Shown here: in pieces, positions 25,033 to 34,151 of the stretch
Numbering within the stretch: the first letter of the stretch is position 1
Layout of the letters: each line of letters begins with the position of its first letter
Source of the DNA: a virus
IMG/VR virus record: IMGVR_UViG_3300023082_000001
Coordinates: 23,952 to 87,951 of that record
Direction: 5' to 3' (one strand)
DNA length: 64,000 nt
Translations under genes and position numbers: made by a program
Notes under the pieces: model-generated
Database searches by the model: none
What the model was told of the DNA's origin: nothing
The model's input: only the letters and a program-made list of their open reading frames with translations

Positions 25033-25965
25033 TTAATCCAAAGCTTTTACAAATTGCTCACGAACGGTCTTCCCAACTTCAGCTTGCAACAGTTTCAAGA
25101 ATTGCTTCCAATTTGCCTCAGCCTCTGTCTTAGGATCACGTTCAGTTTCCTTTGTAAATTCCTCAAGAATATCTTGTGTGGTCAATCCAAGAATACGACC
25201 AAAGTCTTTATTAGTGATAGCACCAATCTTGCTGATTACGTTTGACACACGTTGTTCAGTGTTGTAGGAAAGAAGATCATTGAGTAGAGTATTCTCTTCC
25301 TCAGACAAGTCAAACACTTCATTCCTAGGTTTAGCTTTCTTCTCACTAAAACTTTCAGTCTTATTCTTGAAGTAGATACGGCTTCCGTTGTTGAACCACT
25401 TTGGCTCCACAGGTTCAATCACCAAACCTTCAGATGTATTCCCGTCTTGGTAATCTTCAGGTGTTAGTGTAGATTTGAATGTATTGGACAGAGCTAGACA
25501 TTCAGCGAACGTGCCAACAGTAAGCGTAGGAACAAAGGGTATTCCTGCCTCGTTACAACCTTGTTGTGCAAGTCCTTTATTAATTGGCGTACCATTCACT
25601 ACAACATCAAAAGCATGAAAATCCTTTTCACCATACTCAACTTCTTTTTGGATATTACCAACAAACAACTCACCATAAACTACTAACTGAATTGAGTCAT
25701 TACCCATAGACTCATTCTGCCAAAGTTGCATAACTTTATCTTGGTATTTATTAATGACAGCTTGGCAGTTGAAAAATGTTCCGTCAACAAACTGTGTACG
25801 AGAGGCAACCTTAACTTCAGTACCATCACACCAGAAGCTGAAGTTAGCTCCGTGCAGTTTTTCTGTAGCCATCCACATACCAGCGTCTTTACCTTCATAC
25901 TGAACTTTGTCAACTAGGTTCTGACGGTATGTATTTTCTAGTGAGCTAAATTTTACAAATTCCAT
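25033..25965 (-). CDS. rnl2: RNA ligase 2 (T4 Rnl2 family)
   Basis: N-terminus FVKFSSLEN, adenylation motif EKLHGANFS, VYGELF, FDV, EGLVI and FKNK motifs, plus the Rnl2 C-terminal domain. Confidence 0.92.
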   Translation of the reverse strand: MEFVKFSSLENTYRQNLVDKVQYEGKDAGMWMATEKLHGANFSFWCDGTEVKVASRTQFVDGTFFNCQAVINKYQDKVMQLWQNESMGNDSIQLVVYGELFVGNIQKEVEYGEKDFHAFDVVVNGTPINKGLAQQGCNEAGIPFVPTLTVGTFAECLALSNTFKSTLTPEDYQDGNTSEGLVIEPVEPKWFNNGSRIYFKNKTESFSEKKAKPRNEVFDLSEEENTLLNDLLSYNTEQRVSNVISKIGAITNKDFGRILGLTTQDILEEFTKETERDPKTEAEANWKQFLKLLQAEVGKTVREQFVKALD

Positions 25966-26021
25966 GTGAGTCTCCTATTTTTTGATTAAAGAAAAAGCTC
26001 CTAAGCTTTCACCTAGGAGCT

Positions 26022-26050
26022 AGTATTGCAGATTGTTGGTGGTTAGTCAA
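26022..26050 (-). promoter_or_regulatory. sigma70-type promoter abutting the nrdA terminator
   Basis: TTGACT-17-AATACT; hairpin AGCTCCTA-N10-TAGGAGCT (25996-26021) plus TTTTCTTT starts right after the -10. Confidence 0.65.
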
Positions 26051-26059
26051 CAATTTGTT

Positions 26060-27748
26060 TTATTGACAAGCAATACACTCGTCCTTGCTGGCCTGAACGC
26101 CTGCCATACTATACACATAATACAATCCAAGAATATCAGGATTTAAGAACGCCTCCTTATGTACTTCATTAATATAACTCTCATCTTCACCAGCAGCAAA
26201 GAACAAGTTCAGTGACTGCCATTGATCCATGAATTTCCCACGACCTGCTGCAAGTCGAATGATCGTGTGTTGGTTGATTTCAAAGGCTGTACGGAATACA
26301 AGCTTCTCATCATCAGTCAACCAACTAACATGCTGCACACTGCCCATCTTATCTCGGATATCCTCAACGTTTTGCTTGTTAAAAACGCCTTTCTCCTTCA
26401 TAAGCTTAAGTAGGTAGGGGTTCACTCGATCAACCTCACCACCAGCACTTTTCTGGGTATAAACCATTGCAGTATCAGGACTAATACCTTCACTAACACC
26501 ACCCATGATAAGTGCCGTAGATTTAGTTGGTGCGATTGCGATTAAATGTGTATTAGCTCGACCATAACCCTTCATCCACTTTGGCTCCCCCCAAACAGTT
26601 GCAAGCCACTCAGACGCTTTAACAGCCTCATCTTGAATATACTTGGCAATCTTATTGTTCAGCATGTGAGCATCAAAACTTTCAAACGCAACCATCTTCT
26701 TTTGAAAGTATGATCCCAAGCCGCATTGACCTAATCCCAAGGCACGACTATTCTTAGTGAAAGCTACAGCCTTTTCAAGCCCCGGAATATTCTTAGCCCG
26801 TTCAATGAATTCCTGACAGACAGCATCCAAGAACACAATAGCTGTTTGAACAGCATCTGTGCCATGCCAATCATCAAACAATTCAATGTTCATAGAAGCT
26901 AGAACACATGTGTACGTGTAGTCTTTGCTTGAATGAAGCATGATTTCATTACACAACTGTGGTGCTTTGACATCAAGGTTCTGCTCTACATACCACTTAG
27001 GGCGTTTACGTTCTGCCTTCTGAGGAAAAAAGTAATATCCTTTGCCTGTAACCATTTTAGTTTTTAGAGACTTACCATACCGCTCTACAGCATCTTTATC
27101 ACCAGCTTTCAAGCGTTCAATAAACTCATCACTAATATTCCAGCCGATATTATTGCCGTCAGGATGTTGTTCTAGATAAGTGCAAACTTCATTGAAATCA
27201 CCATGATCGATAGGCAAATAACCAGCCCAAGAACCACGCCGTGCTGTTCCCTGAGCTACGTACTCCATATCAGACTGAAAGCCCTCAATGACCTGCATAA
27301 CCCCAGTAGATTTACCACCTACGCTGATTGATTCACCACGAGCACGAACGTCACCAAGATAACCTGCTGTACCAAAGCCCATCTTAGTGAGCATTGCCGT
27401 TTCATGCTTTGCTTTGTAAATACCGTCAATACTATCTGGAATGTAACTACCAGCACAACTTACAGGAAGCCCACGGTTAGTACCAGTATTAGCCAGAATA
27501 GGTGTGCTAGGACTCAGCCACCCTTTCCACATAATATCAAAGAACTTTTCCTTCCACTCAGAAGGGTCAGGAGTATGTGCAGCCAATGTTGCAGCAATAC
27601 GCTGGTATTGCTCTTTTGGGTTAGCTGCCTGATACAAGTACTTATTCTTAAACAACTGCCATGAGCCAGTGGACCAATGGAGCGGCATCAAGCCATCTTC
27701 TTGCATTTTCTTACGTTCGTCACTCAATACACGATAGCTGTTTGTCAC
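26060..27748 (-). CDS. nrdA: Ribonucleotide reductase class Ia alpha subunit, no ATP cone
   Basis: LSPSTP, PVSC, QLCNEI, CVLAS, RALGLG, IAPT.ST, GLYY, terminal CIAC. Confidence 0.95.
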   Translation of the reverse strand: MTNSYRVLSDERKKMQEDGLMPLHWSTGSWQLFKNKYLYQAANPKEQYQRIAATLAAHTPDPSEWKEKFFDIMWKGWLSPSTPILANTGTNRGLPVSCAGSYIPDSIDGIYKAKHETAMLTKMGFGTAGYLGDVRARGESISVGGKSTGVMQVIEGFQSDMEYVAQGTARRGSWAGYLPIDHGDFNEVCTYLEQHPDGNNIGWNISDEFIERLKAGDKDAVERYGKSLKTKMVTGKGYYFFPQKAERKRPKWYVEQNLDVKAPQLCNEIMLHSSKDYTYTCVLASMNIELFDDWHGTDAVQTAIVFLDAVCQEFIERAKNIPGLEKAVAFTKNSRALGLGQCGLGSYFQKKMVAFESFDAHMLNNKIAKYIQDEAVKASEWLATVWGEPKWMKGYGRANTHLIAIAPTKSTALIMGGVSEGISPDTAMVYTQKSAGGEVDRVNPYLLKLMKEKGVFNKQNVEDIRDKMGSVQHVSWLTDDEKLVFRTAFEINQHTIIRLAAGRGKFMDQWQSLNLFFAAGEDESYINEVHKEAFLNPDILGLYYVYSMAGVQASKDECIACQ

Positions 27749-28270
27749 TTAAATCTCCTTAGAATTAGTATATTCACAAGTCCAACCAAGATGTTGGGCA
27801 TAGATACCTCTTGCACAACCTGAAAGACTTCCTGCACTCAAACCCATATCTCGGGTAAACTTTGATATATTATAGCCTGTAAAAACCTCCCCCGTAGGGG
27901 AAGTAGCTTTAAACTCTTTACTTAATTTCTTGGTCCTTCGTTCCGTACCGCCGTTTTCATTCCTTTCTTGAATATTCTGAGCGTTAGTGATAAAGCGACA
28001 ATTACCAATCACGTACGGCCCAACATCGCCCAACCGACCCATTCCGTATTTATCTAAACCTCTACCTATTGAATTTGGAGAACTCAGCCCAGACTCAGCA
28101 GCAATTGTAACATAGTCCTCAAAAGAAAGAAGAAACTCAGTCTTACGGATTGCTGATGTGCATTTCAGGCCTCTCCATTTATTTTGCCAAATTACTAAAT
28201 CCTCTGGGTTTAAGTTGATTGATAAGAGAAAGCTCTTTCTCTGTTCAGTTTGAATCTTAGGTACGCCCAT
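27749..28270 (-). CDS. HNH-type homing endonuclease with C-terminal NUMOD1-like HTH, between nrdB and nrdA
   Basis: GRLGDVGPY..GNCRFIT..QN (HNH variant); C-terminal F...SP.GE.F......F....GL....LS..A.G. Confidence 0.75.
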   Translation of the reverse strand: MGVPKIQTEQRKSFLLSINLNPEDLVIWQNKWRGLKCTSAIRKTEFLLSFEDYVTIAAESGLSSPNSIGRGLDKYGMGRLGDVGPYVIGNCRFITNAQNIQERNENGGTERRTKKLSKEFKATSPTGEVFTGYNISKFTRDMGLSAGSLSGCARGIYAQHLGWTCEYTNSKEI

Positions 28271-29256
28271 TAGAACTTAAACCCCTGTGAATCCCAATCC
28301 CTGACGTACTGGTTCCCTTGGCTGTTAAAGAAGTCAATAGAACTAAAGCCATTGATACCTTTATAAAACCAATCTGACACAGGATTGTAATCAACCTTAT
28401 ACAAGTTCTCGTAGCCCATGTTACGAAGGCAAAGGTTGATACGGCTCTGTGCAAAGTATTCTAGCTGCACATCTGTGATACCGTCAATCTTTCCTTTCTC
28501 AAAAATCTTTTTAATAATAGCTTTTTCATGCAGCAATACAGTTTCGGCAGCTTCAATAATGTCAGCTTTCAAGTCAGCTTCAAATGCTTGATCAACCAAA
28601 CCATCATCTTTCATTTCTTTAAGTAGTGTGCGGAACAACCAAGCTGCTGCTTCTGAGTGAAGAGCCTCATCACGGGCAGAAAAATTGATACCACTCACAA
28701 CATTCAAAAGTTTGTTCTTTCCTTGACTCTGAAAATGCTTGAGGAATGCAAAGCTTGAATAGAGAATAGCACCCTCACCAAATGTAAAACACCCTAAAGC
28801 ACGAAGATCATCTTTAGTTGCAAGCGTGTTTTCTAGAAACTCTACACGAGCAGTTAGATCAGGGTCATTCAAATATTCGTTATAGAAATCATCTGTTGCA
28901 AGACCAAGCTCTTCATTCAATGTACTATAGAATTTTTGATGGACTGCCAACTCCATTGCACCAAACATAGCAGCCATTGGTTGAATGTCAGCAGGACGTG
29001 GAAACTTCTGCATAACAAAGTTAATCCAAAATTCATTACCAATGATAGCTTCGTACTTAGAGAATAGCTTCAGTGTTGTCACTGTGCCATGACTCTCTGC
29101 TTCTGTCATGTTTACCAGAATATCTTGTTTATCCTTACCAACCTTAACTTCAAAATGGGGCCAGAAGACTGCTGCCTGTTGATCTGTGTAGGCACAAGCT
29201 TCTGGATAGTCCACAGTGAATTCAGACTTTGGTGTTTGAATTCGTGTCTTTTTCAC
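28270..29256 (-). CDS. nrdB: Ribonucleotide reductase class Ia beta subunit
   Basis: E..H..FY, EG..LYSSF, RDE.LH di-metal ligands; FFN motif near the C-terminus. Confidence 0.93.
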   Translation of the reverse strand: MKKTRIQTPKSEFTVDYPEACAYTDQQAAVFWPHFEVKVGKDKQDILVNMTEAESHGTVTTLKLFSKYEAIIGNEFWINFVMQKFPRPADIQPMAAMFGAMELAVHQKFYSTLNEELGLATDDFYNEYLNDPDLTARVEFLENTLATKDDLRALGCFTFGEGAILYSSFAFLKHFQSQGKNKLLNVVSGINFSARDEALHSEAAAWLFRTLLKEMKDDGLVDQAFEADLKADIIEAAETVLLHEKAIIKKIFEKGKIDGITDVQLEYFAQSRINLCLRNMGYENLYKVDYNPVSDWFYKGINGFSSIDFFNSQGNQYVRDWDSQGFKF

Positions 29257-29274
29257 GTCATATCCTTATTTAAA

Positions 29275-29655
29275 TTATTTACATTGATTCTGCAAGTCAT
29301 TATTCCACATACCATCAGCACTACTGCCACCATGAAGCATCCCAAGCAATTCACCCTTCATGTGTGCTCCGTGGCTTGATGCCTCGATTCGAGCATAAAT
29401 ACTAGCCATGCCCGATGCAAGATATTCTTTATCAGTACGCTCAGCACCATTATAACGTGTACAGTTCACAACAGTGTTCTGAAGATTACGATGTTGACAC
29501 TGTACTTCTTCAAACTCTTTATTCTTTGTATCCATTCCGTATTTCCACAAAATCTCCTTTATCTTTGGAATATCATTTTCACCATAGGCTTTTACAAAGT
29601 TTTTATCTAGAACAAGATCACTAATACTGAGAGAATAGGCTGCGAGGTACGACAT
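29275..29655 (-). CDS. Hypothetical protein
   Basis: 126 aa ORF in the operon between thyX and nrdB. Confidence 0.6.
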   Translation of the reverse strand: MSYLAAYSLSISDLVLDKNFVKAYGENDIPKIKEILWKYGMDTKNKEFEEVQCQHRNLQNTVVNCTRYNGAERTDKEYLASGMASIYARIEASSHGAHMKGELLGMLHGGSSADGMWNNDLQNQCK

Positions 29656-29658
29656 AAA

Positions 29659-29853
29659 TTATTCCTTCCAAAACAAACTGTAAGCCTTCTTTACAGGCAA
29701 GCCAAGCTCATAATACCCAATGAACTCACTAAGATTTTCCAACACACGAAGATTACTTTCTCTTTTCTTCAAGCCTTCTCTCACAGACATCAACTCAGAA
29801 AGCTCTGCCATCCAATATTCTACAGCATAGTCACTATTATTCTCGAAAGCCAT
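29659..29853 (-). CDS. Hypothetical protein
   Basis: 64 aa ORF, coupled, with SD. Confidence 0.5.
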   Translation of the reverse strand: MAFENNSDYAVEYWMAELSELMSVREGLKKRESNLRVLENLSEFIGYYELGLPVKKAYSLFWKE

Positions 29854-29854
29854 C

Positions 29855-30538
29855 TTAACTCTCCTTACTAATCAACTCTTCCAAAAATGGAAAGTGTTCT
29901 GTAATTACTGGTTTAATCTTCCGTGCCAAATCAACGTGTTCTTTTTGGGTTACTCCAAAATCATCACGAACTTTCAGATAAGTAATCCACTGACGCACAG
30001 TGCCGTTAGCATACATGTAGCTCATTGTGTTACCTTCAGGTAGAATAACACGAGCACACTCTTTAGCCAACCCATTATCTAGTGCCCAATTGTAATTCTT
30101 TTTAACTAGCTGAATCACTTCTTGCTGCTTGTTCTCCCATGCAAGCATCAGATTAAAATCATCTTCGTTAAACTTATCAAGCTCAATACTGTTCTGACGA
30201 TTCTTTGTATCTTGCAGCCGAGCTTCACGAATGATGAAATTTTGAGCTACTGCATAACGCTGACTAAACTCTTGGAACTTAATGCTTGAGTGTCGCAGCA
30301 CTTGCCTTGCAATATCCCGTGGAGCTTCGATTTCTACAACGATGTTGGACATATCAAATACTGACCAATGCCCTACACGCATACAGTATTTCAAAAGACC
30401 AGCTGCTGTATCAAAGTTCTTTTGGTTATCTGGATTGCTCACCCTTGCACAAAATGCTGGCAAATCCTCTGCTGTCGGGATGAAGTCAACAGTTGGTGTT
30501 GTTACGCCAATCACTTGTGCTTTAATGAAATCAAACAT
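29855..30538 (-). CDS. thyX: Flavin-dependent thymidylate synthase
   Basis: CARVSNP, GHWSVF, RHSSIKFQEFSQRY (ThyX motif), ECAR.ILP, R.WI.YL..R. Confidence 0.92.
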   Translation of the reverse strand: MFDFIKAQVIGVTTPTVDFIPTAEDLPAFCARVSNPDNQKNFDTAAGLLKYCMRVGHWSVFDMSNIVVEIEAPRDIARQVLRHSSIKFQEFSQRYAVAQNFIIREARLQDTKNRQNSIELDKFNEDDFNLMLAWENKQQEVIQLVKKNYNWALDNGLAKECARVILPEGNTMSYMYANGTVRQWITYLKVRDDFGVTQKEHVDLARKIKPVITEHFPFLEELISKES

Positions 30539-30539
30539 C

Positions 30540-31175
30540 TTACTCTTTATCCTTATATTCCATTTCCAAAATCAGTTCTAGGTAGTGAATAGCCTTCTCA
30601 ATATCTTTCCTACCATTCTTCTTGCTATGGCGGGTGGTGTACTTAATAACATTTCCTTCAAGGTAGCTCAAGCCGTTGGCATGAATATACTCAATAGGTT
30701 GAATCTTACAATCTTTATAGTGATCACCGCTCACTTGTTTGTCTAGTGCTGATGTTGGTTTAGTCTCTTCAATAGATGATTGATGCTGTGAAGCAGTCAA
30801 CAGCTCCAACTCATCTTCTTTAAATGTAAAACTTTCAAGGCGCTCGTAACTCTTAACAATATAAGGAATATCCCCGTATTCATAGGAAGAACTTGTAATG
30901 TAGCCAATCCACCCCTCTTGAACGAATGGTGTATTCTTAACACAAATTACTTTATCACCAACAGCAAAACGATTCTTCACTTTCTCTTCCTCAACAAGCT
31001 CAAAATAAGCTGCGTCCCACTGATAACTTCCAGACTCTTTGAAGCATACCAAAGGAAACTTACAGTCGCTGAAGTATGCACTAACTTCAAACTTATCAAA
31101 AGGTTTTAGTGTGAAAGCCTCAATACCTTTCCACATACTCTCTTTGCGCTTTACGACATCACCCTGTTTAAACAT
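30540..31175 (-). CDS. DUF3310 (T7 gp1.7-like nucleotide kinase) domain protein with N-terminal SH3/KOW-like repeats
   Basis: C-terminal ALDKQVSGDHY..IQPIEYI..GNVIKY..R..KKNG..DI.KA.HYLE; two F..GD.V repeats; start reassigned to ATG 31175. Confidence 0.75.
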   Translation of the reverse strand: MFKQGDVVKRKESMWKGIEAFTLKPFDKFEVSAYFSDCKFPLVCFKESGSYQWDAAYFELVEEEKVKNRFAVGDKVICVKNTPFVQEGWIGYITSSSYEYGDIPYIVKSYERLESFTFKEDELELLTASQHQSSIEETKPTSALDKQVSGDHYKDCKIQPIEYIHANGLSYLEGNVIKYTTRHSKKNGRKDIEKAIHYLELILEMEYKDKE

Positions 31176-31185
31176 TCTTCTCTCC

Positions 31186-31563
31186 TTACGCCACAGCTTC
31201 AAGTGTTTGTTTACTGCTTGCTGGTGGACTGTCCAGACATTCAATAAACTTAATTCGTTTACCAATACTTTTACAATAAGCTATCTCTGCTTGAACGCCT
31301 CGTGATTGTTCCCAACCGTCCATCTTCAGCACCCAGAGAGCATCACAATTGTCCAAGTAATTGTAATCCAATTTCTCCCAGAAAGCAAACTCACAAGGCA
31401 TGTCATAAACAACAGACATTGGATGTGAATGGATGATAGGGCTGAACACTGGAATGCCTTTAAGTGTGTATTCTGTAGCACGTTTCAAAGCATATTCATA
31501 GCGTTGCTGACGTAAATCGGCGTCAGCGTTTAGGCTGTATACAGAGGCAAGATAGTACATCAT
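31186..31563 (-). CDS. Nucleoside 2-deoxyribosyltransferase-like (DUF1937/DUF4406) protein
   Basis: YYLASVYS, VFSPIIHSH, CD.L.V..GWE.SRGV.AE motifs. Confidence 0.75.
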   Translation of the reverse strand: MMYYLASVYSLNADADLRQQRYEYALKRATEYTLKGIPVFSPIIHSHPMSVVYDMPCEFAFWEKLDYNYLDNCDALWVLKMDGWEQSRGVQAEIAYCKSIGKRIKFIECLDSPPASSKQTLEAVA

Positions 31564-31589
31564 AACATTCTCCTATTTTATTTCAGGCT

Positions 31590-31618
31590 ATATTGCGCCT
31601 TTTGCAAGGCGCTGTCAA
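31590..31618 (-). promoter_or_regulatory. sigma70-type promoter whose spacer is a perfect inverted repeat
   Basis: TTGACA, then GCGCCTT-GCAA-AAGGCGC, then a weak -10 (CAATAT). Confidence 0.5.
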
Positions 31619-31622
31619 GGGT

Positions 31623-32099
31623 TTACTTACTATGACGGCTCAAAGCACCCAGTTGTGAATTAAGGCTTTGTGTAATCCAACGAATATTCCCCATCACATA
31701 GCCCTTATCTGTTTCAATACGATCAATAGAAGGGCCAACCTTCACATCATAGTCTGAATCAACCCAATTAGCAAACAAAGTTTTATAGTCTTCATTCTCT
31801 AATGACCAAGCATAGAAAGTTTCTTTGTCAAGTATTTCTAGCCCTTCATAAAGATGTGCCTTCTGTTTCTGAACACCACTTACACGAGACAGCATGTTCC
31901 TATATGTACGCATTAAATACCCTTTAAAACTCTTCTCGTATTTCTTTGTATCAGAGTCGCCTGTTAAACTTCGACGCTCTTGCTGCCTAATATTCCTACA
32001 ACTTTGACAGACTCTTCCATGTTGTTTTGGGAACTTTGAACGCTCTTGTTCAATTCCACATTGGCTGCAAACTTTACTTAGAACCAACCCATCGTCCAT
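31623..32099 (-). CDS. HNH-type homing endonuclease
   Basis: N-terminal CSQC...CQSC zinc ribbon; PSIDRI....GY..GNIRWIT...N. Confidence 0.75.
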   Translation of the reverse strand: MDDGLVLSKVCSQCGIEQERSKFPKQHGRVCQSCRNIRQQERRSLTGDSDTKKYEKSFKGYLMRTYRNMLSRVSGVQKQKAHLYEGLEILDKETFYAWSLENEDYKTLFANWVDSDYDVKVGPSIDRIETDKGYVMGNIRWITQSLNSQLGALSRHSK

Positions 32100-32970
32100 C
32101 AGAATTCAACCTCATAGGCTCCAATACAGGCATAGAATCAATAATCAACCCTGTGCCAATGATTGGACGCTTAATATTTACATTGTTGTAGTTAAATGCA
32201 AGTTTGTCATCATCAATCAGACAACCACACTGCATACCCCAGTAAAGACCTGTGCTGTTACCCCAGTAGTCAATCTTGAATGTCTCGTGGTAATGGCCTT
32301 GCACCGCATTCATGCCCATCTGTTGACTAAGCTGAATGATGTTGCTTGTTTTACCGTGGTGCATGTAGCACTTCTGACCATTAGGTAGATCAACTGTCAG
32401 ATCAAAGCTCCACTTCCAGCCGCTGTCTACACCCAAGACCTCATTGTAACTTTTGATGTAGTGCTTAGGGATACCAAATACTTTAGCCTTACGCCACACC
32501 AAACTACCATGATTACTTTCCAAGATATCCATGTTAGGAAAGATTTTAAAAAGTTCGGCAATGACTGGCAATGACTGACGAATTTCATCACCAGCGCTCG
32601 GCAAGTCAGGATCACTGTCATGAAAGCTCAGGGCATGACCATCGACCTCGTCACCCAAGCAGATTACTCGTGTAGGGTTGTACTTTTCTTTTAAGTGTTT
32701 CAGGAAAGCAATTGAATCTTGATGGTGATAAGGAATATGCAAATCACTAATCAACAAGATTCGGCTATTATCATACTCTGATTTATCATTTTTACGTACA
32801 GAGTATGTATCAGAAGATTTACGGTTATCCACTACGGCTTGGCTGAACTCTTTGCGAAGATAGTCGCTTACAGTGCTGCGAGCTACACCAAGCATCTCGG
32901 AAATCTTTCTCCAGCTCTTACCAGTCTTAGCTAGCTCAATAGCCTCATCTTTCCAGTTCAATTCACTCAA
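32074..32970 (-). CDS. Calcineurin-like metallophosphoesterase with N-terminal HTH
   Basis: SDLH, GDEVD, SNH, HHG, GHYH motifs; N-terminal SWRKISEMLGVARSTVSDYL helix-turn-helix; likely TTG start. Confidence 0.85.
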   Translation of the reverse strand: MSELNWKDEAIELAKTGKSWRKISEMLGVARSTVSDYLRKEFSQAVVDNRKSSDTYSVRKNDKSEYDNSRILLISDLHIPYHHQDSIAFLKHLKEKYNPTRVICLGDEVDGHALSFHDSDPDLPSAGDEIRQSLPVIAELFKIFPNMDILESNHGSLVWRKAKVFGIPKHYIKSYNEVLGVDSGWKWSFDLTVDLPNGQKCYMHHGKTSNIIQLSQQMGMNAVQGHYHETFKIDYWGNSTGLYWGMQCGCLIDDDKLAFNYNNVNIKRPIIGTGLIIDSMPVLEPMRLNSDGRWVGSK

Positions 32971-33256
32971 CTTCATTCTCCTTATCCAGAATTGTCTTAA
33001 TCTGTTTAGCACCAAAATACATGGCTGACAACAAACTCAATGTACCCAATGCAGCAGCTACATAAAACACCCAACCTGTTGTTATGGCCGCTAAGATAAA
33101 CCAAAGCACGGCAATGACTTCTTCTGTGTTTGACTTACTCAATTCAAACCTCCAAGATAACCAACCTGATTCAACCAAACAATTGCAAACGTATAGTACA
33201 TAGCAAAGTGTTCAAAGTCTATAAAGTAATCATTTACCGTTAAATATGTATAAGCC

Positions 33257-33586
33257 CTACTTACTATCATCTTCATAAATCATCGCCTCATTATATTGAC
33301 CAATACGCTTTAGGTAATCTGTGTAAGGTTCGTTAGGCCATTGGGCTGGTTTGTTAAAAGAAAGGTTGTGTTCCCAATCTGAATCTGGGTAACGATTACC
33401 CCCACCAGCACCCATACCCGGTGATGTTCGACCAGAATACGCAACAGCTCCATTTGTTCCGTGTTGTTGAGTCTGCGAAGCAGCGTACCATTTAAGCTGA
33501 TTGACTTCTGTGCGCAGCTCTTTCAATTCCCTATCCAGCTCAATCCACTTCTGATACAGATTTGTAATGTCAAAATCAGTTGCCAT
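33257..33586 (-). CDS. Hypothetical protein
   Basis: 109 aa ORF, coupled to neighbours. Confidence 0.55.
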   Translation of the reverse strand: MATDFDITNLYQKWIELDRELKELRTEVNQLKWYAASQTQQHGTNGAVAYSGRTSPGMGAGGGNRYPDSDWEHNLSFNKPAQWPNEPYTDYLKRIGQYNEAMIYEDDSK

Positions 33587-34151
33587 TCTTCAATACCTCT
33601 CTAATAGCATTACGCCTAGCTGCTGGATTCTTTGCACAAACTACATTCCGATCTTTCAGCCACTTATCAATCTGTGCAGCTTTCATTTTACACAACTTAA
33701 TCACTTCACGCTCTAGCACTGCTTCTTGAAAAGTAATACCAAGCTTCTCACTCAGGGTCTTGCTGAGGTGATCGTCCTCACAGAGTATTTGAAGATCATC
33801 AAATCCAACCATCAGGATGTTGTTAAAATAGTTCTCAAAGTCTGAAACCTTAGTAAAACTATGATTACCCAGCCTATGATCAATCTGAACATCTGTAAGT
33901 TTAAACAATTTATCACAAATCTCACACTTAACCAACCATTTTGTACGTGTGCTATCATCCATGTCTGGAATTGTTTTACTGTACAAGTAAGCTAACTTGA
34001 CATCACTTTTCATCCATGCTGATCGGATAGCAGAGCGTACAACAGACACAACGTGCTTTTCTTGTGGTGAGCCATCTTCGTTGAGCTTCTTCATGAACTC
34101 TTTAAGCTTATCTTCACGCTTCTTTATATCTGCTTGTGATGGAACTGTCAT
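33576..34151 (-). CDS. HNH endonuclease (replication/recombination-associated)
   Basis: CEIC...VQIDH...NLQILC.DDH..KT pattern; coupled to the exonuclease. Confidence 0.75.
   Translation of the reverse strand: MTVPSQADIKKREDKLKEFMKKLNEDGSPQEKHVVSVVRSAIRSAWMKSDVKLAYLYSKTIPDMDDSTRTKWLVKCEICDKLFKLTDVQIDHRLGNHSFTKVSDFENYFNNILMVGFDDLQILCEDDHLSKTLSEKLGITFQEAVLEREVIKLCKMKAAQIDKWLKDRNVVCAKNPAARRNAIREVLKNGN

Noticed and set aside
24764-25245. Plus-strand ORFs antisense to rnl2 and neighbours
   Set aside because: They oppose the promoter and SD orientation of the whole arm and lack protein-like features.
30540-33015. Hypothesis of a DNA hypermodification pathway (DUF3310 kinase, DUF1937, phosphoesterase, ThyX)
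   Set aside because: No hydroxymethylase, glycosyltransferase, PurZ or queuosine-pathway gene is present; the set is compatible with ordinary dNTP scavenging.
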